From NCBI GenBank assembly GCA_963728815.1, contig CAVSLH010000013.1, forward strand, positions 70,080 to 102,079: a stretch of DNA of 32,000 nt, given 5' to 3'. This stretch comes from an uncultured Actinomycetota bacterium (GTDB lineage: Bacteria; Actinomycetota; Actinomycetes; Mycobacteriales; Mycobacteriaceae). The position numbers and the translations under genes are program-made. The notes under the pieces are model-generated. The model was not told the origin of the DNA. It searched no databases and saw only the letters and a list, made by a program, of their open reading frames with translations. Below, piece after piece: positions 15,937-23,847 of this stretch (position 1 is its first letter; each line of letters begins with the position of its first letter).

Positions 15937-16356
15937 TTAAGTTTTCAAAGTCGGGGTAAGCGCCGCGCGCAGAATGTCCGCATCGCTTGTTGCTAGGGTG
16001 AGGTTTCGCCGAGCGGCCTGGGCGATGAGCACCCGGTCGAAAGGGTCTTTGTGTTCCCAAGGCAGGCGGCCGGCCAGGATGGCATCGCCCGCGTCGATCG
16101 CCAAGTCGGTAGCGGTCATGTCGGCAATGATGTCCGACCACGCTGACAACAGCGGCTCTCCATCCAGGCGACCCAGCCGGGTCTTGATTGCGATCTCCCA
16201 TGCCGACGCTGCCGAAACCATGATCTCGGTACTCGGATCGCGGAGCTGCTGACGCGCCGAGTCGGAAACCTTCTCCGGCGCACTGACCAGCCACAGCAGG
16301 GCATTTGTGTCCAGGAGAACAGCCAGCGGCGTCGACGTGGGCCGCTGGGCAGTCAT
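15937..16356 (-). CDS. vapC: VapC-type PIN-domain toxin
   Basis: 139 aa from ATG 16356. It has VLLDTNALLWL, SAASAWEIAIKTRLGRL and HKDPFDRVLIAQAARRNLTLATSD, the PIN family with a DPFDR(L/V)LIAQA motif. There is an ATGA overlap with the antitoxin. Confidence 0.85.
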   Translation of the reverse strand: MTAQRPTSTPLAVLLDTNALLWLVSAPEKVSDSARQQLRDPSTEIMVSAASAWEIAIKTRLGRLDGEPLLSAWSDIIADMTATDLAIDAGDAILAGRLPWEHKDPFDRVLIAQAARRNLTLATSDADILRAALTPTLKT

Positions 16357-16586
16357 GAGTTGCCTTCCCACGCAGCGATTTCGGCTTCGGGAAGCGGTTC
16401 GTCGAAGTTGTCGGGCACGATGAGCGCCGGCAGCTGACCGAATTTCCGCGGCCGGGGATGCGCTGGCGCGAGCACAGCCACGGCACGTCCATGGTTGGTG
16501 ATGGTCACCGACACCCCGGTCCGCTCGACCTCTGCCAGGAGCGCATTGAGCTTTGCCTTGGCCTCGGTGCTCGTGACCGTCTTCAT
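16353..16586 (-). CDS. vapB: Phd/YefM-type antitoxin
   Basis: 77 aa: MKTVTSTEAKAKLNALLAEVERTGVSVTITNHGRAVAVLAP... Confidence 0.85.
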   Translation of the reverse strand: MKTVTSTEAKAKLNALLAEVERTGVSVTITNHGRAVAVLAPAHPRPRKFGQLPALIVPDNFDEPLPEAEIAAWEGNS

Positions 16587-16615
16587 GCGTCCAGGATAAC
16601 GCGGTCAGCCCATCC

Positions 16616-16643
16616 GATCTAGTGGGACTAGTCGGACTAGATC
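16616..16643. promoter_or_regulatory. Nested 28-bp palindrome in the divergent vapBC / SNF2 promoter region
   Basis: The sequence is GATCTAGT-GGG-ACTAGT-CGG-ACTAGATC. The outer 8-bp arms (16616-16623 and 16636-16643) are exact reverse complements, and the centre ACTAGT (16627-16632) is self-complementary. It lies 30 nt upstream of the antitoxin ATG (16586) and is followed by TATAGG. Confidence 0.45.
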
Positions 16644-16812
16644 GTATAGGCAGGTGCATACAGAGAGTACAGCGCCGACATTAGGCACACGCAGGCGGAA
16701 CTTTCGTCACGGCAGACTCCCAAACCTCATCTCCACCACTTTCGCGTGTCGCGCGGCATGGTTGGGCAGTCTTGTCGGACCGGGTCGTTACGGTGCGGGC
16801 GTGCAATCGCTG

Positions 16813-19800
16813 ATGTATCCATCGATCGACCTTGCGAGCGCGCTCGGGCTGCTTGGCGCCGACACCTATCGTCGTGGCCTGGCCTATGCGCGGGAAGGAC
16901 GGGTGCTGCGTTGCCTGTGGGACCCGGACGCTCACAACCTTGTCGGCAATGTTCGCGGTAGCCAAGGCCGCACCTACGCCACAACGGTGCAGCTTTTGCC
17001 GGTAGACATCGATAGCTGGAGTGTCGAAAGCGGGTTCTGCAGCTGCCCGGTGCACGTGAACTGCAAGCATGTCGTGGCAATCGTCATCGCCGCCGCGGGG
17101 GCCACAAAGATGCGTGCCCAACATACGCCGCCTCCGCCAGCTCCAACGCCATGGCGGCAGTCGCTGGAGGCGCTGCTTCCCCCGGCCTCGACGAACGATC
17201 GCATCGGGACACCACTGGCGATCGAGCTGAACCTGTCGGTGAGCGGGCCGTCGCCGACTCTCGACGCGCGCCTCGTGCGGCCCGGAAAGCGCGGCGGCTG
17301 GGTGGCCGGCGATCTGAGCTGGGGCAAGCTGCACATGCTGCGCCACTGCGGTTATCCCGACGCTCAGCTTCGGCTGCTGCAGGAGCTCTATGCGACCCAC
17401 CGGGCGTCGAGCTCGAATTCGACTGGCTACTACAGCTATTCGTACCGGGGTTATACCTACGGCGACGTGAAGACGATCTCGCTGCTGGGATTTGAATCCC
17501 CGCAGCTGTGGCCGCTGCTGGACGAAGCGCGCCGAGTCGGGGTGCAGCTGGTGCAGGCGCGGCCACAACAGGATGTGCCGACGTACGCCACGGCGCAGTT
17601 GTGCCTGGACATCACGATCGACGAGACGGGCGATCTCACCGTCGAGCCCGTGCTTCGGGTCGACGGCGCCGCAGCACGGCCCGTGGCGTTCATTGGATCG
17701 TCAGGTCATGGCGTGGTGTATGTCGACGGCGGGTTGCGGCTCGCCCGACTGGACAAGCCGGCGCCTGAGGCGTTGCAGCGCATGACACTCAGTGATGAGC
17801 CGCTGGTCATACCCGCGGACGAGGCGCCGCGGTTCGCCGCGGAGTACTACCCCAGGTTGCGCCACATCGCGGCCGTCACGTCGTCGGACGAGTCGTTCAC
17901 GCCGCCAGCGATCGTCGGGCCGACGCTGGTCCTGCGGGCCGACTACCAGGCCGAGCACCAGCTCGAGTTGACATGGGAATGGGCATACCGCTTAGGCGAC
18001 AACGACTTTCGCGCACCGGTCGGCACATCGGAGTATGTCGCTTGCCGCGACCTGGAAGCGGAGAAGACACTCGCCTCGAGCATCGAAGCGCCGCTGGAGC
18101 AATTCGGGCTCCGCGCCGCCGACGGCACGCTCATCACCGAGGCGCGACTTTCCGGCCTGGAGACAATGCGATTCGCCACCGAAATTCAACCGCTGCTCGC
18201 CGAACTTCCCGATGTCGCGCTGGAGGTGATCGGCGACCCAGTGGACTACCGGGAGGCGGGTGGCTCCCTCGTCATCGCGGTGACGACGGACGCGGTGGCC
18301 GGCGAGACAGACTGGTTCGACCTGGGTGTCACGATCAGCATTGAAGGCAACCAGGTTCCGTTTGTCAGCGTGTTCACCGCGCTCGCGTCCGGGCAGTCGC
18401 ACCTGCTGCTTGCCGACGGCGCCTACTTCGCGCTGGACAAGCCGGAGCTGGTGAAGCTGCGCCAGCTCATCGAAGAGGCCCGCGCACTCACCGATGCTGA
18501 AGAGGGGCCACCCCGGATCAGCCGATTCCAGGTCGGGTTGTTCGACGAACTGGCCGAGGTCGGAGTCGTGACGCGGCAGGCCGACGAGTGGCGGCGCCAA
18601 GTCGACGGGCTGCGCGCGCTGCAGGGTCTGGAACCGGCGGCGGTGCCAACCAGCCTGCGTGCTCAGCTAAGGCCGTATCAGGCCGACGGGTTCTCGTGGC
18701 TGGCGACCCTGCACACCCACGGGCTCGGTGGGATCCTCGCCGACGACATGGGCCTGGGCAAGACCGTCCAGTCGCTGACGTTGATCTGCCATGTCCGTCA
18801 ACAGGATCCGGGCATGGCACCATTCCTGGTGGTTGCGCCGGCCAGTGTGGTGGCGAACTGGGCCAGCGAGGCCGCACGGTTCGCGCCTGAGCTGTCGGTC
18901 GTGCCGATCTCGGACACGCTGCGCCGCGCCGGCGCCGACCTCGACGAGCTGGCAGCGGGTGCCCACATCGTGGTCACCTCGTACACGCTGTTTCGGCTGG
19001 ACTTCGACGCCCACGCCGCCCGAACGTGGTCCGGGCTGATCCTGGACGAAGCCCAATACGTGAAGAATCATCACGCCAAGACCTACCAGTGCGCACGCAG
19101 GTTGGCCGCACCGTTCAAGCTGGCGATCACTGGCACACCGATGGAGAACAATCTCATGGAGCTGTGGTCGCTGCTGTCGATCGCCGCCCCCGGGTTGTTC
19201 CCCAACCCGACGAAGTTCGCCGACTTCTTCGCCAAGCCCATCGAGAAGACCGGCGACCCCGAGCTTTTGGCCCTGTTCCGCCGCCGCATCAAGCCGTTGG
19301 TCAAGCGCCGCACCAAGGAGCACGTGGCCGCCGAGCTGCCAGCCAAGCAAGAGCAGGTCCTCGATATCGAGCTGCCGCCGCGGCACCGCGCCCTCTACAA
19401 CAAGCGACTGCAACGAGAGCGGCAGAAGGTGCTCGGCCTGCTCGATGACATGCAGCGTAACCGGTTCACGATCCTCAAGTCTTTGACCGTGCTGCGACAG
19501 ATGGCGCTGCATCCCGGGCTCGTCGACCCCGCACACGACACGCTGGCGAGCGCGAAGATCGACGTGCTCGCCGAGTATCTCCTCGACGTCGTCGACGGTG
19601 CCCACCGCGCGCTCGTGTTCAGTCAGTTCACCCGTTTCCTCGGCCGGGTCCGCGATCGCCTCGACACCGAAGGAATCGACTACTGCTATCTCGATGGGCG
19701 AACCCGTAACCGTGCAACAGTGGTACAGCGGTTCAAGGAAGGAGATGCACCGGTTTTCCTGATCAGCCTCAAGGCCGGTGGGTTCGGGCTGAACCTCACC

Positions 19801-20052
19801 GAGGCCGACTACTGCTTTCTGCTCGACCCGTGGTGGAATCCGGCCACCGAGGCCCAGGCCATCGACCGCACACACCGCATCGGCCAGACCCGCAACGTAA
19901 TGGCGTACCGGCTCATTGCCCACGACACCATCGAGGACAAGGTAATGGCCCTCAACGCCCGCAAAGCCAAGCTGTTTGCCAGTGTTATCGACGACGGTAA
20001 CGCGTTCGGCTCCGCCCTCACCGCCGACGACATCCGCGGACTGCTCGCCTAA
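16813..20052 (+). CDS. SNF2-family helicase with N-terminal SWIM zinc finger (HelZ-like architecture)
   Basis: The SWIM motif is CSCPVHVNCKHVVAIV (about 17038-17085). SNF2 motifs are LADDMGLGKTVQS, LILDEAQYVKN, AITGTPMENNLMELWSL, LVFSQFTRFL, FLISLKAGGFGLNLTEADYCFLLDPWWNPATEAQAIDRTHRIGQ. ATG 16813 is the preferred start; the ORF is open from 16654. Confidence 0.9.
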   Translation: MYPSIDLASALGLLGADTYRRGLAYAREGRVLRCLWDPDAHNLVGNVRGSQGRTYATTVQLLPVDIDSWSVESGFCSCPVHVNCKHVVAIVIAAAGATKMRAQHTPPPPAPTPWRQSLEALLPPASTNDRIGTPLAIELNLSVSGPSPTLDARLVRPGKRGGWVAGDLSWGKLHMLRHCGYPDAQLRLLQELYATHRASSSNSTGYYSYSYRGYTYGDVKTISLLGFESPQLWPLLDEARRVGVQLVQARPQQDVPTYATAQLCLDITIDETGDLTVEPVLRVDGAAARPVAFIGSSGHGVVYVDGGLRLARLDKPAPEALQRMTLSDEPLVIPADEAPRFAAEYYPRLRHIAAVTSSDESFTPPAIVGPTLVLRADYQAEHQLELTWEWAYRLGDNDFRAPVGTSEYVACRDLEAEKTLASSIEAPLEQFGLRAADGTLITEARLSGLETMRFATEIQPLLAELPDVALEVIGDPVDYREAGGSLVIAVTTDAVAGETDWFDLGVTISIEGNQVPFVSVFTALASGQSHLLLADGAYFALDKPELVKLRQLIEEARALTDAEEGPPRISRFQVGLFDELAEVGVVTRQADEWRRQVDGLRALQGLEPAAVPTSLRAQLRPYQADGFSWLATLHTHGLGGILADDMGLGKTVQSLTLICHVRQQDPGMAPFLVVAPASVVANWASEAARFAPELSVVPISDTLRRAGADLDELAAGAHIVVTSYTLFRLDFDAHAARTWSGLILDEAQYVKNHHAKTYQCARRLAAPFKLAITGTPMENNLMELWSLLSIAAPGLFPNPTKFADFFAKPIEKTGDPELLALFRRRIKPLVKRRTKEHVAAELPAKQEQVLDIELPPRHRALYNKRLQRERQKVLGLLDDMQRNRFTILKSLTVLRQMALHPGLVDPAHDTLASAKIDVLAEYLLDVVDGAHRALVFSQFTRFLGRVRDRLDTEGIDYCYLDGRTRNRATVVQRFKEGDAPVFLISLKAGGFGLNLTEADYCFLLDPWWNPATEAQAIDRTHRIGQTRNVMAYRLIAHDTIEDKVMALNARKAKLFASVIDDGNAFGSALTADDIRGLLA

Positions 20053-20073
20053 GCGGACAACCGGGCGGCATCG

Positions 20074-20625
20074 CTATTGCTTGCCCAGCGCATCCAAGTC
20101 GAGGCGCAATGGAACGGGAGTGCTGGTCGTAAACGTGCCGGTGACCGCGGGTGATTCCTGGTAACCGAACTCGCCCGTTAGGCGCAGTGCGGTAAGCGTC
20201 ACGGGCGGGCCAAGCTCCACGATCCAGTAGTGCTCGATCGTGGCCTCGGCGTATTCGGACCGCTTGGTGACGGTATCGGTCCGTCTGGAGCCTGGCGAAA
20301 CCACTTCGATCGCCACCAGCACATCCGGTCCGCCCAACCTTCGTGCCGAGCCCTCTTTACGGGTGATCACGACATCCGGAATGCGGACCGTTGGCGGGTA
20401 AGCGGCATCGACACAGACCTCGAACTCGATAATCGCTTCGAGATCGTCGGGCAGTTGATCATCGAGTTGCTTCGCGATGCGGAACGCGGCCCGCGCGTGC
20501 GGCCGCAACAGCCTCGGCGTCACGATGAGCACGCCCTCCTGCAACTCGATGTGGGCGCCGTTGTCCTCCGGGAGCGCGTCCCAGTCCTCAATGGACAGCA
20601 GCTTCGGCAGGTGAACGCTCGTCAT
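20074..20625 (-). CDS. Uma2-family (DUF820) PD-(D/E)xK endonuclease
   Basis: 183 aa with RIPDVVITRKEG, VAIEVVSPGSRRTD and KRSEYAEATIEHYWIVEL, the canonical Uma2 D...E.xSP...K..Y...G..eYW motifs. A strong RBS (GGAGGAGGCGGAAAGGCG) precedes the ATG. Confidence 0.85.
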   Translation of the reverse strand: MTSVHLPKLLSIEDWDALPEDNGAHIELQEGVLIVTPRLLRPHARAAFRIAKQLDDQLPDDLEAIIEFEVCVDAAYPPTVRIPDVVITRKEGSARRLGGPDVLVAIEVVSPGSRRTDTVTKRSEYAEATIEHYWIVELGPPVTLTALRLTGEFGYQESPAVTGTFTTSTPVPLRLDLDALGKQ

Positions 20626-20854
20626 CGCCTTTCCGCCTCCTCCGAACGTCGCGCTTTCGAGTCAAGCGTAGACGCCGCAATCGTCGACACAGTTGATCAA
20701 TGAGCCCGCGTGGATGGCCACACGACGGCTGTACCGATACCTCCCACACCGCTCGCAGCTGATCGGATGGTGTGCTCTGGATGGAGCCGAAGCGGAAGGC
20801 GAAGCCGGTGCGGCCCGCGATCAGGCGCACGCACCCACTCCGCCCAGGAGATCT

Positions 20855-21659
20855 GGCTCATCTCGACGCTGAAGGCGTTCGTCCCTGTCGGTCAGCCGAT
20901 GTAGGTTTGGACCTGCTTCACGAGATGCCGTCGCCAAGCTCCGACTGGACGGCACGCCAACCCCACGCTCGTGGGTGGCTCGGATGACGAAGCGGCCTGG
21001 CACCAACCGGTGCGGGCAAGAGCGCCTCCCCATGCGGAGGCCCCACCTTTCGGGAGTATTGCAATGCCTCGGAATCGTTCCTGCGGGTCGTATGGCCCCG
21101 GCCACCTCATGCACTGGATCCAGGGCAAAAAATCGCACGAGGACGGGCAGCCGATCATCAAAGTGAAGGTCGTTGCCGTTCATGACGACGGACGCGTCGA
21201 AATCGAAGGTGACGACCTGAAACTGACGCGGTGGTATCACGACCCTGACCACCTTCGTTCGGCGCTCTGCTTCGGTGGGCGCGGCGCATGGAAGCCGAAG
21301 TATCACGTGTTGTACGTGATCTCGAGCGGCTCGTTCAACTTCGCCACGCTGGACGAGGTGGAGCCCTGCACACCGCCGATACGCCGGCGACCGACCGAGA
21401 CCACCAGGCAGTTCATCGAACGGGCGATGCGAGAGAACCACGGCTACACGGTTCCGGCGCACTGGTTGGCTGACCTGGATGCCATACCGGACGGCGACAC
21501 CGGTGAACCGGAATCCGGGTACCTGGTTGGGATCGAAACTCCCACGGATACAACGCTGTTGGAGACATTGCCGCCCAAACCACGGACGCCAGGAGACGCC
21601 GACGGCGGCACGCGATCCGACGGGAAGGCCAGCAACGACTGAGCGATCGCGTCCGAAGG
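20855..21659 (+). repeat. Direct repeat copy B (805 nt), carrying X2 and its leader
   Basis: Same orientation as copy A (10680-11622). The two are separated by 9232 bp. See copy A for identity details. Confidence 0.9.
21064..21642 (+). CDS. Uncharacterised protein X2 (paralog of X1, uninterrupted 192-aa form)
   Basis: Seven amino-acid replacements versus X1 over the shared 178 aa. It continues in frame into the tail ...PKPRTPGDADGGTRSDGKASND. Confidence 0.6.
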   Translation: MPRNRSCGSYGPGHLMHWIQGKKSHEDGQPIIKVKVVAVHDDGRVEIEGDDLKLTRWYHDPDHLRSALCFGGRGAWKPKYHVLYVISSGSFNFATLDEVEPCTPPIRRRPTETTRQFIERAMRENHGYTVPAHWLADLDAIPDGDTGEPESGYLVGIETPTDTTLLETLPPKPRTPGDADGGTRSDGKASND

Positions 21660-21754
21660 CATTTGGCCTTTCACGTCGCCAACGTTGGGGATCTGTCGGC
21701 GCTCGCAGGGAGCTTCGAGGCGGCGAGTCAACCGCTGCTCGATGAGTTGCCTGA
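21660..21754 (+). pseudogene. 95-nt remnant of a second herA-like gene (equivalent to 10434-10528 of the PLD-HerA gene)
   Basis: It translates as HLAFHVANVGDLSALAGSFEAASQPLLDELPE, versus HLVFRVANVEDLSALAGSFEAASQPLLDELPG in the intact gene. About 14 mismatches in 93 nt by eye. It starts directly at the end of repeat copy B and loses similarity after 21754. Confidence 0.65.
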
Positions 21755-21917
21755 GTGCTTGTGTATCGCCAGTCTATGACCGGACGCTCCGTGATGGCCA
21801 GCAGCTCCGATAGCAGCGGCGAGCGCCAAATCCGATGGCAGCGAGGGCGATTAGACCGCCGCTGAGTATCGGGAGTGGCGCCGGCGGTTGGTCGTCGTTT
21901 CTCTGGATTTGAGCCGA

Positions 21918-22352
21918 TCAGATCGGGACGAACCCAAGCTCTTCGGCGACCTGGCGTTGTGCTTCGTCGCGCGAGGCGAACGCCCGCGGCTCGCCGGGCT
22001 CCAGCAGCGGCGGAACGACGATCGCCGCGACTGCCAGATGCCAGGCGTCCATCGCACGCAGCGCATGCTGGCGGACGAGTTGCAGGGCGTGCTGCTCAAC
22101 CTGGTCTTGTGGCGCACCGAGCACGATCACCGGGCCCGCGAGGTCGCCGTCCAGCAGCGCGAGCAAGCCCTTCTCATCACCGCGGCCCGCGCGCGCGGCC
22201 CGCACCAGCGCGCCCGAGACCTCGATCCTCGTCCACGTCCCGGTGACGGTTGCAATGTCTGGGTCAGTTAGCAGCGCGCTTGCCTCCTGGTGCCCGTCCT
22301 CATCGACAAGGTATGCACGGGCCAGAACCGAGGAGTCCAGGTAGGCGATCAC
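21918..22352 (-). CDS. vapC: VapC PIN-domain toxin
   Basis: 144 aa from GTG 22352. It begins MIAYLDSSVLARAYL and later has ALRAMDAWHLAVAA. There is a GTGA overlap with the upstream RHH gene. Confidence 0.85.
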   Translation of the reverse strand: MIAYLDSSVLARAYLVDEDGHQEASALLTDPDIATVTGTWTRIEVSGALVRAARAGRGDEKGLLALLDGDLAGPVIVLGAPQDQVEQHALQLVRQHALRAMDAWHLAVAAIVVPPLLEPGEPRAFASRDEAQRQVAEELGFVPI

Positions 22353-22645
22353 GGCCGCTCGCGCTCTTGCGCGAGCAACTGGTCGATCTGCGGACCGAGG
22401 CCGCGGGTCGACTCGATGATTCGCCGCCGTCGGTCCGCACTCACTGAGCGCGCGTTCACGCGGCGTAACGTGCCCGCGGCGGCCGCCGCGGCGCGCAACT
22501 GCGCGCGCCGATCGCCACTGTCGGCGTCGGCGGCCGCGTCGAGGATCTCGGTTGCGACCGCGTTCAGGCTGCGCCCCTCGCGCGCAGCACGCGCGACCAA
22601 CCGGCGGTGAATATCCTCGGGCACCCGGAGCAGAAGCTGCTTCAC
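22349..22645 (-). CDS. vapB: Ribbon-helix-helix antitoxin (VapB)
   Basis: GTG 22645 gives VKQLLLRVPEDIHRRLVARAAREGRSLNAVATEILDAA, a canonical RHH. The longer ORF up to 22768 adds an implausible N-terminus. Confidence 0.75.
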   Translation of the reverse strand: MKQLLLRVPEDIHRRLVARAAREGRSLNAVATEILDAAADADSGDRRAQLRAAAAAAGTLRRVNARSVSADRRRRIIESTRGLGPQIDQLLAQERERP

Positions 22646-22865
22646 GCCACCAATGCTATCACTGCCATGCTGGTGATAGCATGCATCCGCGACGATGGCG
22701 CGCAGGGATAGCGTACGGACGCGCCATATGAGACAGGAACGCGGCGCGGGTATCCCTCGCTTGCTCATTGCGGCCAGCCAGCAAGTAGCCGCGCCATCCG
22801 CGTGTCAGCGTCGCGAATGCGGTTACGCCGGCTACCCATATCGTCGTTTCGTCCGCCATGGCAGC

Positions 22866-23369
22866 TCAATCACCGCCGAGAACCACGCGCGTGTCCTTGA
22901 TCAGCAGCATCAGATGCAGCGGGTCGGTCGGCGAGTGCTCGAAATCAAAGTGTGCGTAGAACTCACGAGCATTGTCGTTGAGCGCATGAATCAGCAGAAC
23001 GCGAGCTCCGATAAGGTCAGCTGCCTCGACGGAGCGCATGATCGCATCCCGCAGCAGGTCCTTCCCGAGGCCAAGTCCCTTGTCCTTGCGGTCGACGGCC
23101 AACCTGGACAACAGAATCGCCGGCACTGGCTCAGGCATGTTGCGACGCACCTTGCCCGGCGCGTCGCGATGCTGGATCGAGGCGACGGCTAGCGCGTAAT
23201 ACCCAACAACCCGGGCGCCGCGGCAGGTGACATAACAGCGCGACGCACCCTGCAGATGATTCGAGAGCGCCCTTGTCTGCAGATACCTATCCAGACTCGG
23301 CTCACCGCTGTCGAAACTGGCGGTCTCGTCGTCCTCACGGATCGGTCGCGGTCTGCTGTACCCGCTCAC
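22866..23369 (-). CDS. tacT: GNAT acetyltransferase toxin (TacT-type)
   Basis: 167 aa. LSRLAVDRKDKGLGLGKDLLRDAI is the acetyl-CoA motif A, followed by RVLLIHALNDNAREFYAHFDFE. It overlaps by 4 nt the upstream DUF1778 gene, its usual partner. Confidence 0.9.
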   Translation of the reverse strand: MSGYSRPRPIREDDETASFDSGEPSLDRYLQTRALSNHLQGASRCYVTCRGARVVGYYALAVASIQHRDAPGKVRRNMPEPVPAILLSRLAVDRKDKGLGLGKDLLRDAIMRSVEAADLIGARVLLIHALNDNAREFYAHFDFEHSPTDPLHLMLLIKDTRVVLGGD

Positions 23370-23635
23370 TCGGCGTCAAAAATTGGCGCTTGTGCCAACA
23401 GCTTTTCCAGTCGCGGCTTATGCGATACCGGACGGTCCAGCACTGCCAGGAACTCCGTCCACGCGGCATCGTCGAGCAAAAATAGCCGCCGGTCAGCGAG
23501 AACATCTCGCGCATGCGCCAGTGCCGCCGTCACGGTGAAGTTGGTGAGGTCGGTCCCCTCCGCCTCGGCGGCGCGGCGGATAAGTTCGTCCTGCTCCGAA
23601 GTCAGGCGAACCGCAATACGTGAGTCTTTCGCCAT
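23366..23635 (-). CDS. tacA: DUF1778 antitoxin (TacA-type, RHH)
   Basis: 89 aa: IAVRLTSEQDELIRRAAEAEGTDLTNFTVTAALAHARDVLADRRLFLLDDAAWTEFLAVLD matches the DUF1778 pattern. Confidence 0.9.
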   Translation of the reverse strand: MAKDSRIAVRLTSEQDELIRRAAEAEGTDLTNFTVTAALAHARDVLADRRLFLLDDAAWTEFLAVLDRPVSHKPRLEKLLAQAPIFDAE

Positions 23636-23847
23636 AGCACCAGTGTGTGCCTAATAGGCGTACAGGTCAAGATCTATGGCATGACTGAAGGGTTAAAGCT
23701 GGCCAGCCTCAGTGACGGAGAACGGTTGCTCGAACGGGGTGTCTCCCGCAATGTATGCGAAAGCTGCCCGGCCACAAAGACTTCCGCGACTTCGCAGCCG
23801 AGATCGGCGCGGCAGCTCCGGCCTGAACACGGCCCGCTGTAAGGAGG

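Noticed and set aside
16681-17568. 295-aa minus ORF over the 5' part of the SNF2 gene
   Set aside because: It is a shadow ORF and would remove the SWIM finger encoded on the plus strand.
18667-19923. 418-aa ORF on the minus strand inside the SNF2 helicase gene
   Set aside because: It is antisense to a gene with unambiguous SNF2 motifs. The product is Arg/Gly/Pro/Val-rich with no motif. This is a typical shadow ORF in high-GC DNA.
21755-21917. Minus-strand stretch encoding a hydrophobic segment followed by basic residues (PLPILSGGLIALAAIGFGARRC), resembling a C-terminal membrane anchor
   Set aside because: There is no start codon and no upstream ORF body. It is most likely a fragment or chance.
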